Source: a virus | Strand: one strand, 5' to 3' | DNA length: 58,202 nt | IMG/VR virus record: IMGVR_UViG_3300005831_000020 | Location: 1-58,202 of that record | In this document: piece after piece, positions 26,736 through 36,232 of the stretch | Position numbering within the stretch: position 1 is the stretch's first letter | Layout: the number at the start of each line of letters is the position of its first letter | The notes under the pieces: model-generated | Seen by the model: only the letters and a program-made list of their open reading frames with translations | Database searches by the model: none | What the model was told of the DNA's origin: nothing | Position numbers and translations under genes: made by a program

Positions 26736-28016
26736 TTAAAAATATCTGATTACTCGGTGTTCAAAGTCATACATCAATTGTTCTGCTTCCTTTCTCTTCA
26801 TTTCCGCAAGCGATTGTGACTTCTCTTCCTTGGTGAATTCCTTCTCGTTGTTTACCGCTTTGACCATATAGTTGATAAAGGCATTCCTTCCTCCCCAAAT
26901 TCTAACCTTAGGGTTGCTAGCAATAATATTTTTCATAATCGCAATTATTCGGGTATTGGAAAAATGCGGTTTATTACTCCTCTCTCGTACGGCATCAATT
27001 AACTCGTCCGTGAAATCAAACTCGTTAAGCAGTCTGTTGCCATGGTAGACATTGCCGTTCTTGGTATGGATATCGTTTAGCTCTGTCTGAACTTGCAGTG
27101 ATTTCTGTTCTTGGGATTTTTGTGGTTCTTGATCAGGGATAACCTTATGCGATTCTGTTCTTGCTGTTTCCTGCTGTTTTGCTAAGGTTATTTTCTCTTT
27201 ATCCCGATCGGCTTTAGCTCTTGCAAGACGTTCTTCGAATGAGTCTCCCACTAATTCCTCCCGTTCCCTTCTAGCCTGCTCCTTTGCTATCATTCTGTCT
27301 ACACGGCTCATGTTAGGGAACTCCGTATTAGCCTCTAGCTCGGTCTGATTAGAAAAAATAAAATTAGTATCCTGATTTTTTAGATCTTGGCTCTCTATAC
27401 CAAAACTTATATCTTCACTGGAACAAAGATCTGAAAGATCTTTATTTATATCTATAATATCTAAATTTCTATTTAGAACGCGCGCGTGTATCGCCGAATT
27501 TTTTCGGTTACGTGGCCGAACTTTTTCTGTCTCGTAGCCAAATATTTTCGGCTTGCTAATAGACTCTTTTCGGCTATCAATTTGAAACTTTTTATTAAGT
27601 AATTCAGGATAAAATAACTCAGGATTATTTATTCGCTCAATACCGTCATTCGTATATTTTACTGTATAACCATAACATCTCTTTTGACCTTCAAAGACAA
27701 TAAAACGATGATATTCAAAGTTAAAGATATCTATTAATTGTTTTATGAGATTTAAGTTCTGGTCAGAACGGCATTCCGTAATTTCTGATATCTCATCATG
27801 GTCAATAAAAATTACTCCGGTTTTACTACGTTTAATTCTGTCTGCTATATGTGCTAATAAAAATTTACTATTCTTATTACCAATACTTTTAGTTTTATCA
27901 TTAGCTCGGCCAATAAACTTTGCTATACGTACTATTTGATCAAAGGTCTTCTCGTTCTTATCAGTCTTCCTATTATAGAATTCTAAACTGATGACATTAG
28001 ACGCTGCTTTTGCCAT
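26736..28016 (-). CDS. Replication initiator (lambda O-like organisation), paralogue 1
   Basis: 426 aa, immediately upstream of dnaB. Iterons and an AT-rich tract lie inside the gene. N- and C-terminal regions are alignable by eye with the 368-aa ORF at 34475..35581. Confidence 0.6.
   Translation of the reverse strand: MAKAASNVISLEFYNRKTDKNEKTFDQIVRIAKFIGRANDKTKSIGNKNSKFLLAHIADRIKRSKTGVIFIDHDEISEITECRSDQNLNLIKQLIDIFNFEYHRFIVFEGQKRCYGYTVKYTNDGIERINNPELFYPELLNKKFQIDSRKESISKPKIFGYETEKVRPRNRKNSAIHARVLNRNLDIIDINKDLSDLCSSEDISFGIESQDLKNQDTNFIFSNQTELEANTEFPNMSRVDRMIAKEQARREREELVGDSFEERLARAKADRDKEKITLAKQQETARTESHKVIPDQEPQKSQEQKSLQVQTELNDIHTKNGNVYHGNRLLNEFDFTDELIDAVRERSNKPHFSNTRIIAIMKNIIASNPKVRIWGGRNAFINYMVKAVNNEKEFTKEEKSQSLAEMKRKEAEQLMYDFEHRVIRYF
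27493..27580. other. Candidate replication origin: four tandem 22-bp iterons
   Basis: Units are gccgaattttttcggttacgtg, gccgaactttttctgtctcgta, gccaaatattttcggcttgcta and atagactcttttcggctatcaa, each built on GCCGAA-N4-TTCGGY. A GC clamp cgcgcgcg and an AT-rich tract (27440-27475) follow in the direction of gene transcription. Confidence 0.6.
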
Positions 28017-28020
28017 AATT

Positions 28021-28380
28021 CTAAGCCTCCCCCATTTTGCAATCTATGTTCTTTAAAAAATCTATCGATAATGCTAAGTTCCTTAAGTCTCGTTCACAGA
28101 TTTCTTGTAATATCCAAACTTCTTTACAGAAATTTCGGTATTTATGTAGCGGATCTCGTATCTTTAAAACTGCAACTAAACGCTTCATAGCCGATAACAC
28201 AATCTTCATTCGTGCCTTAATTTGCTGGCTATATTCAGAATTTGAAGCGTAATTTTCTAATAATTTATTAGCACCGAGAAAGTTACTTTTTAAAGTATCG
28301 TAAACAGCTATTATTACTTCATTGATATGCCGGAGCTCCTCTTTATTCATTACACAGTCTATGTCAATTGCCTTACTCAT
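28021..28380 (-). CDS. Hypothetical early protein
   Basis: 119-aa ORF upstream of the initiator gene. Confidence 0.5.
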   Translation of the reverse strand: MSKAIDIDCVMNKEELRHINEVIIAVYDTLKSNFLGANKLLENYASNSEYSQQIKARMKIVLSAMKRLVAVLKIRDPLHKYRNFCKEVWILQEICERDLRNLALSIDFLKNIDCKMGEA

Positions 28381-28484
28381 CTTTTTCCTCTTCTAAAATT
28401 AAATTTATTAATGTGGTTAAATCGTGAATTACCATATCAATCGTCAATGACGCATGATTTTCATTGGTTACTCTCCTTAGCCTC

Positions 28485-29156
28485 CTAGCTACTATTTTGA
28501 TATTTTCCATAAATTATTCCGTTCGTTGTCGTTCTGGTTAATGCTTCGCCTTGTTGCATAAGTTTATAAGGCTGTCCTTGATCATTAATGTTAAAGCCAA
28601 GATGTTTGATAGGAATTATGCTAATAAATCCCTTTGCTTTAATAATAATCAAATTACTTATCATCAAACTTTCATTTTCTATCCATGACTGATTGTAATT
28701 AATCAGGTAATATTCTTTGTTGGGGATTGTTTTAAACTGTTCAATTTGTTCCTCTAAAATCTCAAGATTGATTTGAATCTTTAAATCAGTATTAGGAACA
28801 AGAAAGTAAAATGTTATTAATTGATCTCTATTACTTACCTCCTCTTTCTTTGCTATGGAATGTTTCCAAGTAGGTAATAATGGTAGTAATCTTCTCCGAT
28901 AGAGGTCGGTCGCAGTATTTATGAAAAAACACTTTTTGATCAAAATATTTATATAACCACTAGTAGTTTTTTCTTTGTATCCGGAATATTTAGCAAGAAT
29001 TTTATTAGTTATTTCTTCTTCTATTAAGGTAATAAGCTCATATAAAGACCATGCTACTATAACTTCCGTACTGCACGCCTTTTGATTACAATCTTGATTG
29101 TTAATTAGACTTTTCCGAAGTGTCGTAAAGTCTATTATAGTAAATTGATTTACCAT
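28485..29156 (-). CDS. Hypothetical protein
   Basis: 223-aa ORF, first gene of the leftward early unit. No motif recognised. Confidence 0.5.
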   Translation of the reverse strand: MVNQFTIIDFTTLRKSLINNQDCNQKACSTEVIVAWSLYELITLIEEEITNKILAKYSGYKEKTTSGYINILIKKCFFINTATDLYRRRLLPLLPTWKHSIAKKEEVSNRDQLITFYFLVPNTDLKIQINLEILEEQIEQFKTIPNKEYYLINYNQSWIENESLMISNLIIIKAKGFISIIPIKHLGFNINDQGQPYKLMQQGEALTRTTTNGIIYGKYQNSS

Positions 29157-29177
29157 TACGCCTCTTAAAAAAACCTA

Positions 29178-29196
29178 TTAATCTTAACAAGATTAA
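29178..29196. promoter_or_regulatory. Operator-like palindrome in a divergent intergenic region
   Basis: TTAATCTT-aac-AAGATTAA, a perfect 8-bp inverted repeat. Confidence 0.3.
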
Positions 29197-29268
29197 AATA
29201 TAAAAATAAGATGGAAAGATATTGGAGCTTTTAGGGCTTTTTGTGGATAACTTATTAAATAAAAAAGT

Positions 29269-30696
29269 ATGACTTACGTTACAAATTCGTTTCTTACAAA
29301 CGCATTCAATACAACTGTGTTGATTGTTTTTGTATCTGTAATTTTTATAGTAGGAAGGTTAAAGACAAACTATATAAGTACCATCCATACGTTTTCAATT
29401 GGAGCTCGGGACTTCTCTATAAAAATGATAGCATTCACCTTAGTAGCTACTTGGGTTAGTGCTAGCGGGTTTAATATTAAGTTAATCAAATTCTATGATA
29501 ACGGCTGGAAATATTTATTACCTTCGTTAGGAATGATAATATCCATATTATTTATAACATTCGTAGTAATACCTAGGGCTCATAGCGTTTTAGGTAAAAC
29601 TTCGGTAGCAAGCTACATGGGAGAGTATTACGGCCAAACGGTTAGAACATTAACCGCTATCATAAGTACAATCGGCGTATGCGGCGGTATTGCTATACAA
29701 TTCAAAATATCGGGTAATATAGCATATTATCTCTGGCCTATAATGCCAAAGGAAGTATTAACACTGCTTTTTGGAGCATTAACGGTATATTATTGTTATT
29801 TAGGAGGGGTACGCTCCGTTATATACACGGATATTGCTCAATCAATATTATTTACCTTAGCATTCGTAATAGCTATTGCCTCACTTCACGGATTACCAAA
29901 AGCAGATATCAACACTGATGCTCTCTTAAAATTTAATGTGATGTCGGTTTTTAATAGTTCAAAAGAAGAATTAATAACAATGGGATCACTATTCTTTTAC
30001 TTTATGATACCGGCTTTCTCGCCGACTGAATTTCAAAGAGTTTCTATAGGGGTTAATGTAAAGCAAGTTCAATGGAGTTGGATTACATCTTGCATCGGTT
30101 TCCTTCTTACAATACTCGCCGGTTGTTACATAGCTTATCAATTGTTTTTAATTAATCCCAATTTACCTACTGAAGATCGGCTATCGGAATTTCTAGACCT
30201 TTTAAATCCTTGGTTAAAAATAATTATAATCATCGGTATATTATCTATGGCCATGTCTACGGCCGACTCTCATATAAATATCTCGGCAGTGATGCTTGCA
30301 AATGATACGTTTGGCAAAAATAGTTGGTCTCCTTATAAAAAATTACAAATGGCAAGAAAATATACGGTTTTAATCGGGATACTTGCTTACGCGGTAACTT
30401 TTTGGAATCAAGATTTATTAAAAATAATCATGTTCACAAGCGGTTTTTATATGCCGCTAGTTACTATACCTCTTATGATAGCTATATTTAACTACAAAAT
30501 TTCCGGAAGATGTGTACTGATATCTATGATCATTACTGCTATATTTTGGATTATATGGTATTTATTTATATCTCATGAGGAACCGCTTATCTTTACTATG
30601 ACATTAAATGCATTCTTATTGTTTATTACCCACTACTTGATAGATAAAAAAATACTAAAATGCTTTGATATCCTAAATAAGTTGAAAGGCAAATAA
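29269..30696 (+). CDS. Sodium:solute symporter family transporter (PanF/PutP-like)
   Basis: 475 aa with about 12-13 hydrophobic segments. SSF-type motif YLGGVRSVIYTDIAQS. Confidence 0.8.
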   Translation: MTYVTNSFLTNAFNTTVLIVFVSVIFIVGRLKTNYISTIHTFSIGARDFSIKMIAFTLVATWVSASGFNIKLIKFYDNGWKYLLPSLGMIISILFITFVVIPRAHSVLGKTSVASYMGEYYGQTVRTLTAIISTIGVCGGIAIQFKISGNIAYYLWPIMPKEVLTLLFGALTVYYCYLGGVRSVIYTDIAQSILFTLAFVIAIASLHGLPKADINTDALLKFNVMSVFNSSKEELITMGSLFFYFMIPAFSPTEFQRVSIGVNVKQVQWSWITSCIGFLLTILAGCYIAYQLFLINPNLPTEDRLSEFLDLLNPWLKIIIIIGILSMAMSTADSHINISAVMLANDTFGKNSWSPYKKLQMARKYTVLIGILAYAVTFWNQDLLKIIMFTSGFYMPLVTIPLMIAIFNYKISGRCVLISMIITAIFWIIWYLFISHEEPLIFTMTLNAFLLFITHYLIDKKILKCFDILNKLKGK

Positions 30697-30697
30697 T

Positions 30698-31477
30698 ATG
30701 AACGAAAAAATTAACTACCATACATTATTGCCTTATACCGAGATTCATGAACAAGATAGGATTCAAGATGAAAAAGATTCTATAAAAACAAAAGAAATAA
30801 ACAAAAAATTCCAGGCTTTATCTGAAGAAGAAACAGATAAATTTATGAAAAAACTAGGACAGTTTATTATAAACTGTCTAAAAAGTCGAGAAGTAGCTCC
30901 CATTAGGAATGAGTATTACCATGATATAGTCAATTCAAATGGTAGACCCGATTATAGGACAATTGAAGTCATCTGTTCAATGAATTACAGAGGAATGCAT
31001 AATGATGAAGGTTTTTGTATATATAATGGTTATAAAGTAAAACCTTTGTCATATGGTTTTTATATTTATTTAGGGCATTTAATAGAGTTAGGAAGCAATT
31101 TAAGTTTACATTTATTGTCTTATTTCTTTAGCAGAGAAAATAAAAAAGAATATCTTATCCTAAAGAGCTCTTATACTAAATTGAAAAAAATCTTTAATGA
31201 AATAGAAGAGAATATAAAAAATGCTTTAGTATCATTACAGAATTTAAATTTAATAACTTTTTCCGAAGAAAATAATGGTAATTTAGTTGTTAACTTGAAC
31301 AAAGATAATATTCTAAAATTAGATGAGAAACATAGTAATTATTCTGATTTAGAAGAGGATTTTGCTATTAATAACTATTATGGGATGGCACTTATAGAAC
31401 CAGAGTGTCCCCACTGTTTTGAAAAACTAGATATAGATCTGATTTTTAAACATTATCAAAAATTCAAAAATGACTAA
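30698..31477 (+). CDS. Hypothetical protein (possible winged-helix)
   Basis: 259-aa ORF starting 2 nt after the symporter stop. Confidence 0.5.
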   Translation: MNEKINYHTLLPYTEIHEQDRIQDEKDSIKTKEINKKFQALSEEETDKFMKKLGQFIINCLKSREVAPIRNEYYHDIVNSNGRPDYRTIEVICSMNYRGMHNDEGFCIYNGYKVKPLSYGFYIYLGHLIELGSNLSLHLLSYFFSRENKKEYLILKSSYTKLKKIFNEIEENIKNALVSLQNLNLITFSEENNGNLVVNLNKDNILKLDEKHSNYSDLEEDFAINNYYGMALIEPECPHCFEKLDIDLIFKHYQKFKND

Positions 31478-31835
31478 ACCCTTGATAATAGACGGCGAGG
31501 AGTATGTGAGACTGAAAGATGTCTTAGATTTCGTTAGACAAAACCTCGAAACTGACCCAACTTGGCTTACAAAAAGTTTGAATCTTCGTTTATCGATGTT
31601 ATTTCAAAAAGGAATATATCAACCCATTGATATTGTGGTTTATTTATTAATAATTGCTAAAAATGGACATAAAGAAGGAGTTGTTTTTAACGATGATATT
31701 ATGAATAAATTAAGAATTAATGAGAAAAAATATCTAAATTCTATAAAACGCTTAGAAACACACGGTGTACTCGCTTCAAGAACTCTAACTAATGAGGAGC
31801 TTGAAGATGTTGTTAGTAGCCAAATTGTAAAATAA
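31470..31835 (+). CDS. Hypothetical protein (possible winged-helix)
   Basis: 121-aa ORF overlapping the upstream gene. ..KKYLNSIKRLETHGVLASR is wHTH-like. Confidence 0.5.
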   Translation: MTKPLIIDGEEYVRLKDVLDFVRQNLETDPTWLTKSLNLRLSMLFQKGIYQPIDIVVYLLIIAKNGHKEGVVFNDDIMNKLRINEKKYLNSIKRLETHGVLASRTLTNEELEDVVSSQIVK

Positions 31836-31975
31836 TAAAATATATTTAAAAAATTAGCTCTACTAAAATGTTTTGGTATTATGATATAAAAACAACTAAA
31901 TAGAAAATAGATCAAGTCTTTTAAACATACCTGTTGTCAGGTTTCCGCTGTTGATGATTAAATCAACACTATTAA

Positions 31976-33298
31976 ATGGCGTTATTAATTTATATGGAAG
32001 CAATAGTGAAGAATAAACTTTCTGAATCACAAAAAGAGGCTGTAGGACTTTTATCTATAGGAACTTTTTTAGAATATTTTGACGTAATGCTTTATATTCA
32101 CATGGCGGTACTGCTTAATGAGCTATTTTTTCCTAAAACCGACCCCTTCATTACCTCATTATTGGCTGCCTTTACTTTTTGTTCTACTTATGTTTTTAGA
32201 CCCTTAGGAGCATTAATTTTTGGATATATCGGGGATACACTTGGACGCAAAACAACAGTACTTCTAACAATGTTTATAATGGCTGGCTGTTGCACAGTTA
32301 TGGCTTTGTTACCAACATATGATAAAATAGGCATTACTGCCTCTTGTATAATGATTTTATGTCGTGTAATCCAAGGAATGGCAGCAATGGGTGAAGCTAT
32401 AGGGGCAGAGGTTTATATAACTGAATCAATCAAACCACCAATACAATACCCTATGGTAGGTTTAGTACCCGTGTTTGCTACTATAGGAGGAACACTAGCT
32501 TTAGGAGTTGGTTCATTTGTTACTAGTTTTACAACAGATTGGCGGTTTGCTTTTTGGTTTGGAGCAGCAATAGCAGTAATTGGTATGATAGCAAGAACTA
32601 CTTTGAGGGAAACCCCTGATTTTGCCGATGCAAAACGTGGAATACAAGAATTTATTAAACAAACTGATAGAGATCAAAAAATATTAGAAGGTAGTGTTAT
32701 TTGGAAAGAAAAGGTTAATAAAGTAACCGCTTTTTCTTTATTCATTATACAATGTGCTTATCCATTAATTTTTTATTTTGTTTATATCTATTGTGGAACA
32801 ATAATGAAAGACCAATTTGGTTTCACCCCAGGACAAATAATTAATCAAAACTTGATTGTTATTTTATTTGAACTGACGTCTATGTTAGTTATTACTTATT
32901 TAAGTTATAAAATATATCCTATAAAAATTCTTAAAGTACTTTTATCTATAACGACCATATTATTTTTGTTATGTCCTTATTTACTAAATAATATTAATTC
33001 ATCTTTTCAGTTATTATTACTACAAATATCGATGGTAAGTTTTGCTATTAGGCATTTTCCAGCAACACCTATTTTTTACAAGTATTTTCCTGTATTTAAG
33101 CGTTTTACTATGAGTTGTTTAATGTATGCTTTAGGACGGGCGGTAATGTTTGTAGTGACCTCTTTTGGATTAGTTTTTTTAATTGAATATTTTAATAATT
33201 GGGGAATATTATTGATTAGTATACCTATCATTTTAGGTTATAAATTTTCTCTATCACATTTTGAAAAGTTGGAAAAAGAAAGTGAACAGATTTATTAG
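31976..33298 (+). CDS. MFS transporter, ProP-like (proline/betaine type)
   Basis: About 12 TM segments. MFS motif A GYIGDTLGRKTT. 440 aa; the real start could be the internal MEAIV. Confidence 0.85.
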   Translation: MALLIYMEAIVKNKLSESQKEAVGLLSIGTFLEYFDVMLYIHMAVLLNELFFPKTDPFITSLLAAFTFCSTYVFRPLGALIFGYIGDTLGRKTTVLLTMFIMAGCCTVMALLPTYDKIGITASCIMILCRVIQGMAAMGEAIGAEVYITESIKPPIQYPMVGLVPVFATIGGTLALGVGSFVTSFTTDWRFAFWFGAAIAVIGMIARTTLRETPDFADAKRGIQEFIKQTDRDQKILEGSVIWKEKVNKVTAFSLFIIQCAYPLIFYFVYIYCGTIMKDQFGFTPGQIINQNLIVILFELTSMLVITYLSYKIYPIKILKVLLSITTILFLLCPYLLNNINSSFQLLLLQISMVSFAIRHFPATPIFYKYFPVFKRFTMSCLMYALGRAVMFVVTSFGLVFLIEYFNNWGILLISIPIILGYKFSLSHFEKLEKESEQIY

Positions 33299-33941
33299 TG
33301 ATATATTTTTTTAATATCGGTAGATTCAAATTTTGTTTATTTGGTTCTTCTCTAAGACATAATCTGGTTAGTTCTAATTTAACTTTATTTGCGTTTAAAT
33401 AAGAAGCAAGTGGTATAAAATGTATTATTGTTTCTTCTACTATCTTTTTCTTTTTTTCAATAGTCATACATCCAATAGTTATCATATTATGCAGTCTATC
33501 AAATAATTTGATATATAAGACATCTTTTTTATGCTGTAAGAATAATAAATTTACAGTCTCTCCAGCAGTAATTTTTTTGTTGAATTTTATCCTCGTTAAG
33601 TCTTCGATTTTACTAGCAATTGATTTATTAAAGTTTTGTGAAATCATTTCTTTAGTTAACGAGGTATCTTCTATAGTATCATGAAGTACAGCAGTAATTA
33701 TCAAATCAGTAGTATAATATTTTATCTCTTCCACTGCCACGTATTCAGCAAATAAGTATGCAACTTCCAAAGGATGGGAATAATAAGGCTCACCGCTTTT
33801 TCTTTTTTGATCGCCGTGATACTTCTTAGCCCAATAAATAGCTTTATTGATTAAATCAAAATCTAGTACATTTTTAGTATCTAATGACTTTAATTTATCT
33901 ATTAATCTTATCGAATATTGACAAGGCTCTGAATAATTCAT
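33228..33941 (-). CDS. HD-domain (p)ppGpp hydrolase, SpoT/RelA N-terminal-like
   Basis: HGDQKRKSGEPYYSHPLEVA...AVLHDTIEDT is the RelA/SpoT HD signature. 237 aa with no synthetase domain. Confidence 0.85.
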   Translation of the reverse strand: MNYSEPCQYSIRLIDKLKSLDTKNVLDFDLINKAIYWAKKYHGDQKRKSGEPYYSHPLEVAYLFAEYVAVEEIKYYTTDLIITAVLHDTIEDTSLTKEMISQNFNKSIASKIEDLTRIKFNKKITAGETVNLLFLQHKKDVLYIKLFDRLHNMITIGCMTIEKKKKIVEETIIHFIPLASYLNANKVKLELTRLCLREEPNKQNLNLPILKKYITNKSVHFLFPTFQNVIEKIYNLK

Positions 33942-34058
33942 AATTAATTAATACACTATTAATAGTTCTATTATAAGTAACTTATTAGTCATCATTAAAG
34001 ATATTTGTGATTAAGTAAACTCTAACCAGTTTTGATTTTTAGTATTTTTGATGTATAT

Positions 34059-34466
34059 CTACCTCACTCCTTTAAATGTTTCATTTAAAGGAGACTTCTC
34101 TTTCTTTTCAAAATAAATTTTGAGGTTTTTGATATGTCCGATCTTACAATGAGACTCATCCTGTAAAAAACTCATACCGTCGTATACTTTAACTTCTTTG
34201 TAATCAAGTATTTTGCCGTAGAATGAGATAGCCTGATTGATTAGACCCTGACGTGCTATTTCAAACAAACATTCCGTTGTTTTATTTTTATCGATCATAA
34301 TATAATCGGCAACAGGCTTATTTCCTTTAGTTATTTGAGATACTTTATTCAATGATAGCACTTCCTTTGGTCTACCAAAGTAATCTAGTTCCTTACTTAA
34401 AACACCTATAACAGCTTTAAAATATTTATAGTCGCTTTTAATGGACTTATTTGGATGAATGCTCAT
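34059..34466 (-). CDS. Hypothetical protein
   Basis: 135-aa ORF downstream of initiator paralogue 2. Confidence 0.5.
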   Translation of the reverse strand: MSIHPNKSIKSDYKYFKAVIGVLSKELDYFGRPKEVLSLNKVSQITKGNKPVADYIMIDKNKTTECLFEIARQGLINQAISFYGKILDYKEVKVYDGMSFLQDESHCKIGHIKNLKIYFEKKEKSPLNETFKGVR

Positions 34467-34474
34467 AAAACTCC

Positions 34475-35581
34475 TTAATTATTACTTGAATTTTCAAATT
34501 TCAATTTGTCTAGTATTCCAAGGCAAGATAGCCTTTGAAAACCATCGGTATTCCTATTCTCTAAGTCATAGGCTTTTACCTCTGTTTCGTAGGTTGTCTT
34601 AGTTTTTTTCTGGGCTTCTTCCTTAGGAATATTAGTTTTTATGCGGAAGTTATCATTGCTAGTTTTGACAGCGTCCCGCATCTCAAATCGCAGACACTTA
34701 CCGAAATACGCCATAAACTGGGCTTTCGAACAAAATCTGTTATCTCGCCGTTTTGACATATCAAGGAGTATTTGATTCATGGCATTTAGGCTAAAGTCTC
34801 GCCCTGACAGGCTTTGTAATTTACCTTCGTCTTCCTTGCTTAACGGGTAATGGTGCTTTAGGTCTTGCGGCTCTTTATACTGGTTAAAACGATAAATTCT
34901 TGCCTTTGCCTGTGCTATAGTCGGCTTTTTTCGCTTATTAGAGGGTCTTTTTTTGAGTTTAGGGGGGGTAGGAGTTGAAAATTCTCTAATTTTATGTTCT
35001 ACATTTTCCTCAAATTTAATACTTTTAGAATTTTGTAAAAAATTAGATTCCAGATCTATATCTTCAATATTCTTATTTTCTTTATATATATAGAGAGAAT
35101 TGTTTTGTCGGGACATAAAAGTCGCGACAGAATTCTCTACAGAAGCAGTATTTTCCTGTTCTGGCGTTATCGGAATTCCGATAACGGCTTGCTCCTTATG
35201 AGCGAACTCATAACTATAACGATGTTTCTTACCGTTATGAGTGATAGAATTATGATAGGTAATATTTAATATATCCTCTAATTCCTCAATAATTCTTACA
35301 TTCTGTCTTCTTTCAACGAATGTAAAAGTAGAAATATATTTGTGATTTAAGAATAATCTTTCCCCTTTTATTAGTTTTCCCATAACAGCACTAAGTAATT
35401 TATTAGCAGGGCTACTAAGAAAAAAAGATTTTTGACGAACAGGCTTAACTTTTTTATTGGCTCTTTTTATCTTATCCCAGTGTAAATAATGTTTACGATA
35501 ACGGGCTTTTTCTTCCTTAAATGAGTAGAGTTTGCATAGCTGGTCTTGGTACGATTCTGTTGCTATTTGTAATTTTGTCAT
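34475..35581 (-). CDS. Replication initiator-like protein, paralogue 2
   Basis: ISTFTFVERRQNVRIIEELEDILNITYHNSITHNGKKHRYSY aligns with ISEITECRSDQNLNLIKQLIDIFNFEYHRFIVFEGQKRCYGY of the 426-aa protein. The C-terminal ..FS.N......F..Y..K...E pattern is also shared. Confidence 0.55.
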   Translation of the reverse strand: MTKLQIATESYQDQLCKLYSFKEEKARYRKHYLHWDKIKRANKKVKPVRQKSFFLSSPANKLLSAVMGKLIKGERLFLNHKYISTFTFVERRQNVRIIEELEDILNITYHNSITHNGKKHRYSYEFAHKEQAVIGIPITPEQENTASVENSVATFMSRQNNSLYIYKENKNIEDIDLESNFLQNSKSIKFEENVEHKIREFSTPTPPKLKKRPSNKRKKPTIAQAKARIYRFNQYKEPQDLKHHYPLSKEDEGKLQSLSGRDFSLNAMNQILLDMSKRRDNRFCSKAQFMAYFGKCLRFEMRDAVKTSNDNFRIKTNIPKEEAQKKTKTTYETEVKAYDLENRNTDGFQRLSCLGILDKLKFENSSNN

Positions 35582-35626
35582 ATTCCTTAAAAATTGTTAT
35601 TAATTAAAATTTTTAAAGAAAAACAC

Positions 35627-35655
35627 TTGACTATTAGGTAATACTATCATATTCT
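35627..35655 (+). promoter_or_regulatory. Sigma70-like promoter (rightward)
   Basis: acTTGACT, 17-nt spacer, TATTCT. Same architecture as the promoter at 36135. Confidence 0.4.
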
Positions 35656-35818
35656 CGTAACTGGTTAAAGCTTACGAGTTTTGGGTGTTTCTCTTCAAAA
35701 AATGCCTCCCACCTGTTTATTTAATCAATATTTATTCCATAAGCTCCTTCCCTTGAAAAATTAATTTTGTTAGTATATATAGATAAAGATTATTAATCAA
35801 GATAGTCAAGTAAAAAGA

Positions 35819-36100
35819 ATGGAAAGAGATCAAAATATGTTAGTAGAAGCCATCAGGAACACTGAATTATTACCTAGTAAACAAAAACGTACTTTGGAAG
35901 TAATTTGTTTATCTACATACCCTCTGTCTAGTAAAATGATCGAAAAGAAAACACAAACAACAAAACAAAGAATGACATATAGCTTAAAATCATTAATGAA
36001 AAGAAATTTTATTATTAGAGAAAAAGATGGTTGTTATGTTTATCGCCCTAATTATACAAGAATAGAAGAGCTTATAGAGAGATATAAAAATAATCAATAA
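35819..36100 (+). CDS. Winged-helix (MarR-like) transcriptional regulator
   Basis: 93 aa. ..SSKMIEKKTQTTKQRMTYSLKSLMKRNFIIREKDGCYVY.. fits a wHTH. Confidence 0.5.
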   Translation: MERDQNMLVEAIRNTELLPSKQKRTLEVICLSTYPLSSKMIEKKTQTTKQRMTYSLKSLMKRNFIIREKDGCYVYRPNYTRIEELIERYKNNQ

Positions 36101-36134
36101 CTTATCTTTTTGTTTTCTTTTTTACTATAATTAC

Positions 36135-36163
36135 TTGACTTTTCTATTTTTCTCCTCTATACT
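36135..36163 (+). promoter_or_regulatory. Sigma70-like promoter
   Basis: TTGACT (36135-36140), 17-nt spacer, TATACT (36158-36163). Confidence 0.5.
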
Positions 36164-36182
36164 CACCTTATAAGGCAATAAA

Positions 36183-36215
36183 AAAACGTCTTAAGCTGCA
36201 AACTTAAGACGTTTT
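36183..36215 (+). terminator. Intrinsic terminator hairpin 1 in the leader (bidirectional type)
   Basis: AAAACGTCTTAAG-ctgcaaa-CTTAAGACGTTTT, a perfect 13-bp stem that includes the A and T tracts. Confidence 0.55.
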
Positions 36216-36232
36216 AAGAGCATTATATAGTC

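Noticed and set aside
31640-31915. 91-aa minus-strand ORF
   Set aside because: It overlaps the 121-aa plus-strand gene in antisense, and its hydrophobic, low-complexity sequence is typical of AT-rich spurious ORFs.
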